From: Trypanosoma brucei
Taxonomy: Eukaryota
Assembly: GCA_000002445.1 (NCBI GenBank)
Contig: CP000069.1
Location: 512,001-576,000 of the forward strand
DNA: 64,000 nucleotides
Direction of reading: 5' to 3'
Shown: positions 29,236 through 40,483 of the stretch, one piece after another
Numbering within the stretch: position 1 is the first letter of the stretch
How the letters are laid out: each line of letters opens with the position of its first letter
Notes under the pieces: generated by a model
The model's input: the letters and a program-made list of their open reading frames with translations, nothing else
What the model was told of the DNA's origin: nothing
The model's database searches: none
Made by a program: the position numbers and the translations under genes

Positions 29236-30987
29236 TCACACGGCTTGCTTTACTTTCTCTGTTTCGATGGCCGCGGCTCGCACACTGCACCACTCAAGAC
29301 AACGGTTACCGATGCGCTCCAGACCCCTACGAAGTACTTTACAAAGGGTTACGTTACGTGTGTTGGTGACGATATCGTCGGTGACTTCCTCCGCTAGTGC
29401 TTCGGAGCCGGCGCTTCCTTCACAGCCTTCCGCATGGTCAACATCACCATCTGGATCTGTGGGAAGTTCAATTATGCAACGGACTGTTTCAGCAATTACC
29501 GCAATGATTTCCAGTTCGGTGCAGTGGCTAACTCTGGTGAAGGGACCATGGCGCTCCAAACTCGCAAATTCCTCGGCCTGTGCCAGGTGTATACGCATCA
29601 ATGCAATCAGGGCAGGTGGCGGTATACCACTGTAACCTATCCAACAAGAACCCGCGAGATGAAGCGAGTACTTTTGAACTAAACTGGCCCTACGCTTATC
29701 CCACTCCTTATCAATATCCAGGGTGTGAGAAGCATCAGTAGCTATAGCTGAAGTGCGAGCACATTCTCCGCCATCAGCCTCGTGAACATCAAAGGGAAAC
29801 GGTAATTTGTCGTGTTCGTTATCATCGAGAACAAACCCATAATGTTGCAGCAGCTCCCAATTCTGCAAAGGGCCATAGCTCATTCCAAGTTCTCGCCCCA
29901 CATCTTCTCTCGTTAAACCTGCACCAACTTGCATAACAAAATCCCCTCCACATGGTTCCACCCTCCGTATTAGCACGTCAGGATGATTACTGTGGTTAAT
30001 CATATCTGCACAGGGCACTAGGGCCAGAACGACGCGCCCGTCGACGTTAAGGTTAAAAGCACGTGAGTCGAAAACCGCTCGAGCCCACATGATGTTTTCA
30101 ATGGTGAAGTGCCCCATGAATTCCTCTCTTTCAATTCCTGAGCAGCCCTCAAGTGCGTCGTAAATTAGTGGTAGAACGCTTGTAACTTCCGTGTGAAATT
30201 GCCGTAGTCTCTCTTGTTTCGCAAGTACATCATCCAACACATCCAAACCATAAAGACCAGATAAGTCGTTCCAGTTCCAATAAGACGGAACCGTTGGAAA
30301 ATCAGTCGGGCACGAAAGAAGCAGATCCTTCCAGTGTGAAGTGCGCGCCACGAAGCGCTCGTAGATGAGAGCTAGCACCAGAAGTTGTTCCTCTCCTCCA
30401 ATTATATCGCTAAGTTCAGGCGAGTCGTGAATGACACGACCCAAGTCACAAAAAACTTTCACAGAATCAACAAAAAACATACGTTTACGCGATACGCGTA
30501 GGAGTTCACCAAAAGGTTCAAGTGTTCCGTTACAAACAATTAGACCTTCCTTCCCCTCAGTCGCTGGTACGATAAGATATGGGCAATCTTCACTGTCACG
30601 ACACTGCTTTTTTGCCTCCGCACGTGGGTGTGCTTGCGTCGGTGGCGGCTTCACTACAGCAGTAACGTGCTTGTGAAGTTCAACCCTCAAGGTTGTAGCA
30701 GCGGGCTCATCAACACTGTCCTCCAGCCGAACCCGCAGCAACTTGACAGCAAGTTGTTCGTTCCACATGTCAACCGGTTTCTGAAAAGAGTCAGTGAATG
30801 ACTCAGATATGTGCTCCCATACCACACGCCTGTCAGCAACAATGATGCGACACATCCAAAGAAGACGAAGAAATGGGCTTAGTTCACTTTTCTCAATAAC
30901 CTCCAGCTTAAGGTAGAAGCGTTTCACAGGGGCGCACTCGCTTGTGTCAAGCTCGCGCCAGAACCACTGCCTAAGTTCCTCTGGCAT
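29236..30987 (-). CDS. SET-domain protein of the Rubisco-LSMT/SETD6-like class, a putative protein-lysine methyltransferase.
   Basis: Matching segments are RVVLALVPCADMINHSNHPDV and ELGMSYGPLQNWELLQHYGFV, which fit the LSMT-type pattern (LVPxADMxNH ... E/LxxSYG ... ELLxxYGF). 583 aa. Confidence 0.6.
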   Translation of the reverse strand: MPEELRQWFWRELDTSECAPVKRFYLKLEVIEKSELSPFLRLLWMCRIIVADRRVVWEHISESFTDSFQKPVDMWNEQLAVKLLRVRLEDSVDEPAATTLRVELHKHVTAVVKPPPTQAHPRAEAKKQCRDSEDCPYLIVPATEGKEGLIVCNGTLEPFGELLRVSRKRMFFVDSVKVFCDLGRVIHDSPELSDIIGGEEQLLVLALIYERFVARTSHWKDLLLSCPTDFPTVPSYWNWNDLSGLYGLDVLDDVLAKQERLRQFHTEVTSVLPLIYDALEGCSGIEREEFMGHFTIENIMWARAVFDSRAFNLNVDGRVVLALVPCADMINHSNHPDVLIRRVEPCGGDFVMQVGAGLTREDVGRELGMSYGPLQNWELLQHYGFVLDDNEHDKLPFPFDVHEADGGECARTSAIATDASHTLDIDKEWDKRRASLVQKYSLHLAGSCWIGYSGIPPPALIALMRIHLAQAEEFASLERHGPFTRVSHCTELEIIAVIAETVRCIIELPTDPDGDVDHAEGCEGSAGSEALAEEVTDDIVTNTRNVTLCKVLRRGLERIGNRCLEWCSVRAAAIETEKVKQAV

Positions 30988-31496
30988 GGCTCTTTATTTT
31001 CTTTAAAACACTATGAGTAGGCATTTGAAGAACAAATCAATGACAATAAAGAACAAAAAAGCGGAGGTTAAGGGGACCTCAACGCAAAAGCGAAGTATAC
31101 CGGGAGTTTTCTTTTTCTTACAAAAAGCGAGAAGGGCGGTAAAAGAGGGGCCGACAGAACCCCACTCACACACTTGCCATGCCCGCTGTGGGGATAAAGG
31201 GAACGGAAAAGGAGCGTCAAATAAAAAGTCCCTTGGAACCGTGTTCACCAGGTGAAACAAAAGCAGGAGGAACACACGTACACACAAACGTTCTCGTCGT
31301 TAGTCTTATTCCCTTGGACCCCCCAAAGTACAACGATTATGTAATTTCGTTTTAGCACTACCCCCTCCCCTGCTTGCAGGTCCCTCAATTCGTATATTAA
31401 AATAATATAAAAGAAGAAAAATGCCCATGTGCGTGTGCGTATGCGTTTGTTGAAAACGACAAACAGTTACCGATCTGAGGATGATTGGGGAGATTG

Positions 31497-32399
31497 TCAT
31501 GGCTTGGTCTCCTTAATCTTGCAGTTGGCCATGCGCTCTAACACGCCAATGATAGCAGAGTTGTCCAAATCACCTTCGCCGTGTTGCAACATCGACTGGT
31601 ACAACTGTGTATTCACAGCTGTGCTTGGCATGGGCACACCAAATTCCCTCGCGGAATCCATTACGATGTTAAGGTCTTTGGTTTGGAGCGCTGCCTTAAA
31701 GCCAGGTTCTCTGTTACCAACGAAAAGACGTTGCGGTTTTACGTCCAGCGCCCAGCACTGCGCGGATCCACCTCTCACTGCATCGATGACCTTCTGACCG
31801 TCCACTCCGCATTTCTCAGCGAAGACTAACATTTCCCCCATTGCCACCATCTGCGCTGCGATCATGATTTGGTTTGCTGCCTTGCACACTTGTCCAGCAC
31901 CTGAGACTCCAATATGTGTGATGGTCTTCCCCATCGCTTGAAGCACTGGCCTGACTTTCTCAAGCACCTCGGGATCACCACCCACCATAATTGTCAACGT
32001 ACCGTTGCGGGCACCGATGTCTCCACCTGAAACGGGAGCGTCAAGGCACGGTACTTGTTTCTCTTTCCACAAACGTTCCGCAATTTCCCGAGCGGTGCTT
32101 GGCTTGATGGTACTGTTATCAACAAAAATGGTGCCCGGACGAACGCCGCTGTAGACGCCGTTTTTTCCGAAGACAACTTCATACACATCTGACGAATCAG
32201 ACAAGTTGGTGAAGACGACATCGACGACCGCAGCCAATTCGGCAGGGGAGGCCGCCTCTTTGGCGCCACTTGCCACCAACTCAGCCGCTTTCGATCTGGT
32301 GCGGTTAAACACAACAAGTGGGAAACCGGCTTTAAGAATGTTCGCCGCCATGGGTTTCCCCATTAGCCCGAGCCCGATGTAGCCAACTCGCAGCGACAT
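31497..32399 (-). CDS. NAD(P)-dependent dehydrogenase of the 3-hydroxyisobutyrate dehydrogenase / 2-hydroxy-3-oxopropionate reductase family.
   Basis: An N-terminal Rossmann motif is present (VGYIGLGLMGKPMAANILKAGFPLVVFNRT) and the whole sequence is alignable to the HIBADH family. The ORF runs to 32648, but residues 1-83 are a pyrimidine-rich leader, so the ATG at 32399 (MSLRVGYIGLG) is the start. Confidence 0.65.
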   Translation of the reverse strand: MSLRVGYIGLGLMGKPMAANILKAGFPLVVFNRTRSKAAELVASGAKEAASPAELAAVVDVVFTNLSDSSDVYEVVFGKNGVYSGVRPGTIFVDNSTIKPSTAREIAERLWKEKQVPCLDAPVSGGDIGARNGTLTIMVGGDPEVLEKVRPVLQAMGKTITHIGVSGAGQVCKAANQIMIAAQMVAMGEMLVFAEKCGVDGQKVIDAVRGGSAQCWALDVKPQRLFVGNREPGFKAALQTKDLNIVMDSAREFGVPMPSTAVNTQLYQSMLQHGEGDLDNSAIIGVLERMANCKIKETKP

Positions 32400-32745
32400 G
32401 ACTTTATCCCTCACCGTATGTGCGTAAGTATATGAAACTTTAAGAATGTACTTGCAGTCTGTTAAAAGTATTAGAAAGTTGTGAAACAAGACCCACGGAG
32501 AAAAATAAGGGAAACCAGACACGGTCAAAAAACGCAGGAGTAAAGAGAATACCAAAAGTGGATGCGGACGTAGAAACAAATGAGGCGCGGAGGGGGGGGG
32601 ACGGACCAACGCTTGCCAAAAACAAATTGGAGATAAACCAAATGTCAAATCCCCTCGGTTCCAGACCGATTACGTGTGATTTCCTACACGATGGGAATTG
32701 GCGCGAGCGCCTGTCTCGGGATGGGCTTTGTGGGAACTTAATTCG

Positions 32746-34176
32746 TCATGAGAGCAGGAAAAACTCCCTCTTGCTGTCTTTGGGAAGGCCATCAAAGGAT
32801 GCAACAGGTGGAATTTCCACCAATTCTTCGATTCCCATTGACCTCACCGAATCAGCCGTCCAACTATCAAATTTAGACTGGTACACGTTATAGGCCACTC
32901 GGCTAATCTTGGGGGCAACGCCAAGCCGCGCGCGAACGTTTGACATGTGCATGGACATTTCCTTTGATATTCGAAAAAGGAATAACCGCACGGGGAGCGG
33001 TGACCTTCCTGATCCATCCTGCTTAACCACCTCCACGAACACCCTGCAATCTTCATGCGAGGGATTTGTATTGTCAATCACAACACTCTTCCCAGCTTTC
33101 CACCACCTTCTTGCCTCTGCAAGACACTTCTCCCTCGTCTGAAGTTTGTCACGGTTTACGTGAGCGTATCCATGTGGCTCGAAGAAGCGCTCAAAAAAAG
33201 TCGTCTTTCCACAACCTGGATAACCCACGAACACAATCATTTCCTGAGAAGCTCTATGGAACGCTGCAGGCGACGAGACTTCTATGATGTCTTTTGTTCC
33301 ATTGGCTAAAATGCGATGGATGGTAAGACCACTATATGATTTTGGCAGCTTGCTAAGCTCAGTTGGCCCAACCCCTCCCCAATCCACAGTACATGAGGCT
33401 TGTGCCACATTCAAAAGACGGTGAGAAACCACCTTGCCGTCGACAGACGGCGTGTCATCACTGCCCTTCTTCCTTTCTTCAAGTAGTTTGTCCTCTGGGC
33501 ATGAGTAGAACTCTTCAGGAGTGAAGAATGGAATGCCGATATTATAGGCGAATTTCCGATCGGAGCAGCTGAAGTCTTTCTTCCGACCCGCAAGTGTTGT
33601 TATCTTGCGACCAGCGGCATCGCCGACATAAAACGCGTACCCGCAAGTGTCACTGCCGATCACTACCTTTTCCTTCAGGATATCACTCGCGTGCTCTTGC
33701 AACATAGTCCACATGCCAACATTCGGTTTCCTCCAAATATCGTCTTTTGTCGAAAGGAATGCTGTTAAGGGAATATTGAGCCCCTTGCTTAGACGTACCA
33801 CCTTCTGCTTCACAACGTCCGCCTTCTTTTCGTTCCACTGCTTCCCTCCTATCCCAGCCTGGTTACTGAAAATCACTACCATAAAACCTCCATCGTGTAA
33901 GACGCGTAGGTGAGTGGGAACCAACGGTGTCAGCCACTTCCAGTCAGTTGGATCGTCACGAGGAAACACCGCCCCGGTCTTTGGCATGATGAGTGTGTCG
34001 TCCAAATCAAAGGCTGCCACTTTGAGACACAAATTCTCCCCTGGTAGTGAGGTTATCGACCGCTTCAGCTGCTCAGCGGATGGAAGGAGTGCTAATACGG
34101 AATTATGCAAGAGCTTCCAATCGGCAATGGTTGCAAGTGAAAGGCCCTTTGGTGATGGGCTCCTTGCGCGCTTCAT
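32746..34176 (-). CDS. PNKP: Bifunctional polynucleotide kinase / 3'-phosphatase.
   Basis: The N-terminal HAD-type phosphatase motifs are present (FDLDDTLI; IFSNQAGI; WRKPNVGMW; YVGDAAGR; KDFSCSDRKFAYNIGIPFFTPEEF). The C-terminal P-loop kinase motif is present (VGYPGCGKTT). Confidence 0.8.
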   Translation of the reverse strand: MKRARSPSPKGLSLATIADWKLLHNSVLALLPSAEQLKRSITSLPGENLCLKVAAFDLDDTLIMPKTGAVFPRDDPTDWKWLTPLVPTHLRVLHDGGFMVVIFSNQAGIGGKQWNEKKADVVKQKVVRLSKGLNIPLTAFLSTKDDIWRKPNVGMWTMLQEHASDILKEKVVIGSDTCGYAFYVGDAAGRKITTLAGRKKDFSCSDRKFAYNIGIPFFTPEEFYSCPEDKLLEERKKGSDDTPSVDGKVVSHRLLNVAQASCTVDWGGVGPTELSKLPKSYSGLTIHRILANGTKDIIEVSSPAAFHRASQEMIVFVGYPGCGKTTFFERFFEPHGYAHVNRDKLQTREKCLAEARRWWKAGKSVVIDNTNPSHEDCRVFVEVVKQDGSGRSPLPVRLFLFRISKEMSMHMSNVRARLGVAPKISRVAYNVYQSKFDSWTADSVRSMGIEELVEIPPVASFDGLPKDSKREFFLLS

Positions 34177-34484
34177 TAGCCTTTGAAGGAATACTCAACG
34201 AGTACCCCAGAGAATTGTGGAGAAAAGAGGCTTTTTTCTGGTATCTTCGTTTCTTTTTCTTTTTTTTGTGTGTGCGTGCAAGAAAGTTAGAAACGACGGA
34301 AGTTGGGGGGGGGGTGTCGACGACTTTTCAGTGGCCAATTATAACCTTGACGACTTAGTTAATCGCACTGTGTTAACAGACATATCGCCATCTCGATAAT
34401 CCCGGCCTCCTCACCCGCCACCTTTGCATACGCAGCGCGCCAGCATTTAGAAGTCTGTATTTTCACACACCGTTCCCTAACCCG

Positions 34485-36029
34485 TTATTGAGGTGGCGCC
34501 CTAAGTTCTTGCTGTAGTAATTCCATCTTTCTTACTACACCGAAGGTAGCCCTGAAAACTTTCTTAAAGTCCTCGGTATTCATGGCCAGGAACACCGTAA
34601 TGTCGATATCCTCCCTATCCAAAATGGGACAAAGCGACGCCATGCCGTGCTTCTCGAAGTGTTTCTTCAGCTCCTTCGTACCAGAGGTGTGGTTAGACAC
34701 TTTTGACGGACCTGAAGGCATGGGAGGTGTTGCCTCATGGGATGTATTCTTCACGACAGGGTCTGGCGGAAGTGTAGCAGCGGCGTGAGCCAGCGTGCGT
34801 GCAAGTCTTCCACAATAGGCGGCAGTGGCCCAACCCTTATATTCATCCAACACTTCCGGTGTAGTTTTTGTCGCTGCTTTCGTCGTCAGTAAGCACTCCG
34901 TAAATATCTTATCGCTCAGTAGCGCACTCCACTTCTCCATATCCCGTCCCGTATCCGTCGCAAGGCGGTGACCCAACCGGCTACGGAGCTCTTCCAGCTT
35001 CTGTGCCGATTGTCGCAGCTGCTCAAGATATCCGCCTGCCCCACCTGGAATCTCTCCGTAGCTTGTTGTTAACACACGTTGAGTCTCCGGAAACTTTTTG
35101 AGTGCGGTTACTATGCGGTGGAGTGACTCACGCAAACGCCAGACTTCCAGAAGAGAAGAACCATTAGACTTTTGAGCCGCAAAGTAGTCTGGTAACAACA
35201 ACAGCGCCGCAGAATCCACCTCTGGTACGATAAGTGGCACCCATGAGAGATGGACACCGACAGAACTGGGTACGTGCATAGCCTGGAAAGCGGGGTCTTG
35301 CACAAATAGCGCATAGGACTCGAAATGCTTCAGTTTGTTCTTGCGCTCCCGACGCCACCGCTCCCGCGTTTCAGCAAGGTCCCCCGTTACAACCTGAAGC
35401 TGCCTACCGGCTCCCAAAGTAGATATTACCGAACCATCTTCCAACGTCTGTAGGTTTTCTTGAGAGACGTTGGCAAAACTCATGGCTTCCTGCGGGATAG
35501 TCCTGTCATTCTCGCGGAGCGTCTTCACCACACCCTTGAAAAATTCCCCATCGGAGATGAAAGCGGCAGTCTGCGCATTACAGGCAATTTTCAGCCGTGG
35601 TAGCCGCGACAACAACTCTCTCACGGCATGCCCAATGAGAGGATGGAACTCTGGAATCACAAGCGTCTGTATGCCATCTAGTGGAAGTGCCATACCGTTA
35701 CGAGACAACGCCGTACGCAGTGCGGCATCCGCAAAATGCACCGCCTCTGATGTGTTGCGTGCCACGGGGCTCGCAAATAGGACGCTGCGTGCTTCACGGA
35801 AGGAGGTGTCGTCACAACCACTTGATGCAAGCAGGTAAGCGCCGTTGGTGAGTGGAGGTTCACTCTCCGAGGAAACATCCACCAGCATCGTTGCATGGCG
35901 CTGTTTGTACTCGTAATCACATGTAATATATAGGCCTGGAGGTGCACGCCGCAAGTACGCGGGTGTGCGGCTTACATTTCTAACTGACTGCTGCAGTGAA
36001 CCTCTGCGAATCAACGATAAACGCAGCAT
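34485..36029 (-). CDS. Conserved hypothetical protein with a C-terminal SAM (sterile alpha motif) domain.
   Basis: The C-terminus (KKHFEKHGMASLCPILDREDIDITVFLAMNTEDFKKVFRATFGVVRKMELLQQEL) fits the SAM fold pattern. 514 aa. ATG confirmed at 36027-36029. Confidence 0.5.
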   Translation of the reverse strand: MLRLSLIRRGSLQQSVRNVSRTPAYLRRAPPGLYITCDYEYKQRHATMLVDVSSESEPPLTNGAYLLASSGCDDTSFREARSVLFASPVARNTSEAVHFADAALRTALSRNGMALPLDGIQTLVIPEFHPLIGHAVRELLSRLPRLKIACNAQTAAFISDGEFFKGVVKTLRENDRTIPQEAMSFANVSQENLQTLEDGSVISTLGAGRQLQVVTGDLAETRERWRRERKNKLKHFESYALFVQDPAFQAMHVPSSVGVHLSWVPLIVPEVDSAALLLLPDYFAAQKSNGSSLLEVWRLRESLHRIVTALKKFPETQRVLTTSYGEIPGGAGGYLEQLRQSAQKLEELRSRLGHRLATDTGRDMEKWSALLSDKIFTECLLTTKAATKTTPEVLDEYKGWATAAYCGRLARTLAHAAATLPPDPVVKNTSHEATPPMPSGPSKVSNHTSGTKELKKHFEKHGMASLCPILDREDIDITVFLAMNTEDFKKVFRATFGVVRKMELLQQELRAPPQ

Positions 36030-36574
36030 CTAACAGCGCAAGGAATAATGACTCCGATGTCTATGTATTTAAACCGAAAGGGGGCACAGATGGTGAAGCA
36101 GAGGTGAAATGGTGACGACTTTAAGCAGAGGCAGTATGTGGCAAGATGGCGAAAGCAAATAATAATTATGCAAAAGGAAGTTAAGGCAGTGGAAACGCAA
36201 GAGAATAAAGAGTCAACTCTTCGTGACCATATGCATGTGTATCCGCCCAACCATCCCAGCGCCTTGAAAGTAAGCAAGAGGCAAAAGAGATGGTGGCCTA
36301 ATGAGGACGTAGATAAAAGGAAGACAAGTGGTGGTGCCTCAGAACGATAAGAGGCGGAGCCTAGGCGAAAAAAAAATGAAGAGAAAGGAGATGCGAAAGC
36401 GACTAACACTACCAAGGCAAAGATAAGTTCCTACCCGGATAATTTTCTTGCATCCAAATGCGGGATCACGCTGCGCCAAAGGGTCAGACCTTCATATCAG
36501 TGTTTCCCCATATCCACCCTTCTCCCTTTCTTTGCACTACTAAAGCGCTTTCCCAAAGCCCAAGCACAGGGACG

Positions 36575-36597
36575 CACACACACACACACACACACAA
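36575..36597. repeat. (CA)n microsatellite.
   Basis: The run is gacgcacacacacacacacacacacaatcacacaatcacac. Confidence 0.8.
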
Positions 36598-36675
36598 TCA
36601 CACAATCACACAAAAACGCCCCATTTTGATAATATAATTACCGTTAGATGGGAAAGTTGCACCTGCTTATTATCA

Positions 36676-37011
36676 TCATTTGCGCCAAGGTTCCTTAGAC
36701 GACTTCGCATAATACCCGCCAATACCACCGAAGACGACACCGAGGACAGCACCGAAGGCTGTGCCACTTGTGCTGCTGTCGCCCTCCAGAATGACGAGGG
36801 CACCACTCACTGCTGAGGCTGACAGAGTCGCTGCCGCAATGGTTCCACTGACAGGCGTTACAAGCAGGTGGAAGATGGCCAATATGGTTGTGCTTGTAGA
36901 GAGTGCAGAGCATGTGCCCAGAACAACTTTGTCGGTAAAGCGGCGTTGCGGTGTTCGCATGGATGGCACGGCATATGCCATCGCGGGAATCATTATCCGG
37001 CGACGCAGCAT
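36676..37011 (-). CDS. Small (111 aa) putative membrane protein with a glycine-zipper transmembrane helix and a presequence-like N-terminus. It may be mitochondrial.
   Basis: Starts with ATG (37009-37011). The N-terminus is MLRRRIMIPAMAYAVPSMRTPQRRF. There are two hydrophobic helices, the second being GAVLGVVFGGIGGYY (a GxxxG zipper). GC3-rich codon usage is typical of coding DNA in this window. An overlapping ORF in another frame (36695..37048) is not favoured. Confidence 0.35.
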   Translation of the reverse strand: MLRRRIMIPAMAYAVPSMRTPQRRFTDKVVLGTCSALSTSTTILAIFHLLVTPVSGTIAAATLSASAVSGALVILEGDSSTSGTAFGAVLGVVFGGIGGYYAKSSKEPWRK

Positions 37012-37541
37012 TACGACTCGGAAATGTACACACGGATCGGTGCCCCACTGCTTAAGTGCACTCTAACAAACTTTACATCGAAAAGAGGTTTAGTAGGTGA
37101 AACGTATGACGAAAGAGAGGGAGAAAGAAGCAAACGAATAAATCAGCACATCCGTTTACTCAACGGTAAGAATAGCGAACCGCCTACCCACCTGCGTACG
37201 TTTCTGGGATACAAAATATTACCGTACTCAATGAAAAACAGTTAATACCAAATATTACTCGAAATTGAAAAAAAAGAAGTGCTACTTTTGTCATATCAGC
37301 ATGCTAAGTAACACCAAGTCCTCACAGGTTTGACTTGTAGAAGCGTCACAACGTCGTGAAGATGAACGTACACGCGACCACCGTCCTCATAAATTTGACA
37401 ACGTTTCCCCTCTTCATTATCCGTCATTTTATTCCCTCTGCTTTGCCGCATAGCGGATAAAGCTCCCTTTTCCACGTATGATGGCGACAGTGTCCAGTCC
37501 TTTTCGTCTCTCCACTCCCCGCTGCTGCTGCGTTGTTACAA

Positions 37542-38576
37542 CTACACAAAATGGATATCATTCTTTGTGAAGCAACAGAGTAATTCCATAATACTCTCCT
37601 GATCAAGCACTCGCGCCCGCTTATCAAAGATCGGTTCTTGAAGGATTGACTCAAGGTGCTGTCGAAACTCCTCAAAAGTTTTAACATCCTTCACCCCTTC
37701 CATTCTTTGGTAGCTACAGTACTTGTCATAAAGCGTGCGTACCGTGTTCTTTGTACGGAAGATGGAAGATACCTTCTTGTTCTTCCTATTAAAGATGTGT
37801 TTCACAAGTCCATCCCACTCCTCAAAGTCAACGCTCGGGGCGGGATGCTTTGGGTCAAGTCGAATGACGCTGGATTCTACTTTGGGTGGAGGGTTAAAGC
37901 TGTTCTTGCTAATTTTCATTAAGTGGCTGCATCGTGCTAAAAGCTGCGAGTTAACGGAGAGGCGGCAGTACGCCTCGGAGCCGGGTTGCGCGCATACACG
38001 GAGGGCGAACTCACGCTGAAACATCAACACGGCACATTTAAAGTTCGGCCGCTTAAGAAGTTTGAACACTAATGCGGATGATATAGCATACGGTACATTA
38101 GCTACGCATTTGTCAAAGTAGGGGAATTCATGATCAAGACAGTTTCCTCTTATAACCTGCAACTTAGGGGCTAAAGGAGAATTTTGAAACCTTTTGTTTA
38201 GTTCCGCAACCATACGAGGGTCCACCTCAAACGCAATGACCTTTTTGGCCGCTTGCAACAATTTCTCAGTTAAGTTACCAGTTCCCGGACCGATTTCCAA
38301 AACGATATCCGTTGGTTTCACCGCCGCCTTCTCCACGATAGCAGCAATAACGAGCGGGTTCTTCAAGATGTGTTGACCAAAACCTTTATTAAACACCATG
38401 CCGCTCTGACTTCCGCCAGTCTTAAGTCCTGTTGGGGCACTTTTCTTCGTCGCCTTGCGTACCTCAGGTTTGCCAAGGGTTGTAACTTTTGTGGTGAATT
38501 TTAGCTTTCGCGCCGCCGCCTGCAATGGTTCGGCAGAGATGACGCCCATTGGAACGCTGCGTTGTTCCTTCGGCAT
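37542..38576 (-). CDS. DIM1: rRNA adenine N6,N6-dimethyltransferase (18S rRNA dimethylase; Dim1/KsgA family).
   Basis: The SAM-binding motif is present (VLEIGPGTGNLTEKLL), along with VIAFEVDPRMV and the catalytic NVPY region (VANVPYAISSALVFKLL). The track ORF starts at 38654; the ATG at 38576 (MPKEQRS) follows a pyrimidine-rich leader. Confidence 0.8.
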   Translation of the reverse strand: MPKEQRSVPMGVISAEPLQAAARKLKFTTKVTTLGKPEVRKATKKSAPTGLKTGGSQSGMVFNKGFGQHILKNPLVIAAIVEKAAVKPTDIVLEIGPGTGNLTEKLLQAAKKVIAFEVDPRMVAELNKRFQNSPLAPKLQVIRGNCLDHEFPYFDKCVANVPYAISSALVFKLLKRPNFKCAVLMFQREFALRVCAQPGSEAYCRLSVNSQLLARCSHLMKISKNSFNPPPKVESSVIRLDPKHPAPSVDFEEWDGLVKHIFNRKNKKVSSIFRTKNTVRTLYDKYCSYQRMEGVKDVKTFEEFRQHLESILQEPIFDKRARVLDQESIMELLCCFTKNDIHFV

Positions 38577-40483
38577 CGCTTCTAAACCTTTTTTTTTGTT
38601 TCCTATTACCGACACAACTGATGCAGTAATAAAAATACAAGTACACGGAAGCAAGTCGGTATATCAAAAATATATATATATATATATATATTTATTTATA
38701 TATTTATTTATACACATACAATTATTGTTGTTATTATCTACGCAGTGAGTCTTTCTTCACGTGGCAATAGAAAACAACACTTCCACACAACTACACGCTT
38801 GATCTACTACTTACAGAGCACGGTGCACGTTCGTTACAGCACCAAACGGTTATACGATTTTGTTCATTAGAAGGCGTATGAAGGGAAGAAAAAGACCACG
38901 AGGGCAATACCAGAGAAGAAAAGAATAAAACAAAGGGAAACGGTGTAATAAATGAAGGTTCCGTTGCACACCGCACAGGGCTTATTTCACCATGCAGAGG
39001 AATACACAAAAGCAGAGAGACACACACAGAGAGAGAAAAAAAAAGAGAGAGAGGGATAGGGATATATACAGATGAGCAACAAAATCCAAATGCTCGTCAC
39101 ATACGCACTAAGGGGAGAAAAAACAAAACAAAACAAAAAACACCAAAACTATTTGGCACACAATTTTTCTGCATTTTTTTTTCTTAGCATATGCTTCCCT
39201 CTTTCCCTCTTCTTTTTTTTTCTTCCTTTTCCGTTCCTTCCATGTGACCAAAGGAAGTAAAATATACTTTTAGATGTTTATGTTTTATATATTTGTATAT
39301 ATATATATATATATATATAGTTTGCGCCTTTGTTATCGTTAATATGATTCCTGTTGGTGCCGTCACATAAATATCGACTTGATGCCGAATAGGTAAATCG
39401 AACGGAAAAGAAGAAAAAAAAAAAGAGAAAAACAACAGAAAGGAAAGAACAAAGCAGCAACGTACAGTGGGTACAGAAAAAAGAAAAAAAAACACAACAA
39501 AGCAAAGCGAAGCGGAAAAAAAAAAGAACACAGCACAGAGGGGATCAAAAGAAAAAGTTTCATTTTTTTTGACCCTCATTTTTCCTCTCTTTTCTTTTTT
39601 TTTTCGTTTTTGCTACCGCCAACACCTTTCTCCCTCTCCCAGTGAAATTCGCAACCCTCCTTCTTTTTTTAAAGCGGTATTTTTCTTTTTTCTTTTTTTT
39701 TATATATCCGTTTCATGCTTTTTCTTTATTTATTTTTTTTCCTTCACAAGCGGGTTAAACGCATAAAACACTGCCAAAACGCGTGCACGGCCGACTGCCA
39801 CATCAAACATCAGTGTTGAGGGATGTTGTGGTACAAAAATCATAATGTTCCACACCCAGCTGTACGAAACAGACGAGAAAAAAAATTAAAAGGGAAACGA
39901 AACACGTAAACACTTCTGCTGATGCGAGTAAAGGCAGTGGAATAAACTAGGTAAATGTGTTCCCTATTGATGGGAAGTAAAAGAAAAGAACCAAATAAAA
40001 ACAAAAAACAAAAACAAACTTCAACATTTAACATAAGAGGGGAGGGGAAAAAACTGGACAAGAATGAAAAGGAAAAAAAAAAGAAGAGAGGGAGAAAAAA
40101 AAAAGGAATATAGGAACAGCGTTTCCTATACGCACGCCCCTGGCAAAAAATGTGTGTGTATGTGGTGGTGGTGGGGGGGGGGACAAAAAACCTCCGAACC
40201 TTTTCTCAGAAGGTAAAGACCAACATTTTTTTTTTCATTTTTTTTATTTGTTGTTGGAAAGGGTATTTGAAGATATAACTAAACAATACGAGCAAAGAAA
40301 CACCTTGGTACATAATTCATTTTAATTGCTTCATATTGCTCTTGCATTATATAAATTTTCCCCCCTTTAGTTTCGGCTCTCCTGAAGCCTCTCTTCACTT
40401 ACTTTCCCCAATCCCTGTGTGTCACGCATTCGTTTCATTAAAAGGAAAAAAAAAAGGAAAAAGGAACATACAAAATGGAACAT

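Noticed and set aside
40171-40190. Long G-runs (ggtggtggtgggggggggg here; similar runs at 44117-44135 and 32590-32602) as possible G-quadruplex or telomere-like elements.
   Set aside because: These are single isolated runs with no repeated G-tract spacing and no TTAGGG units. They are most likely homopolymer slippage in spacers.
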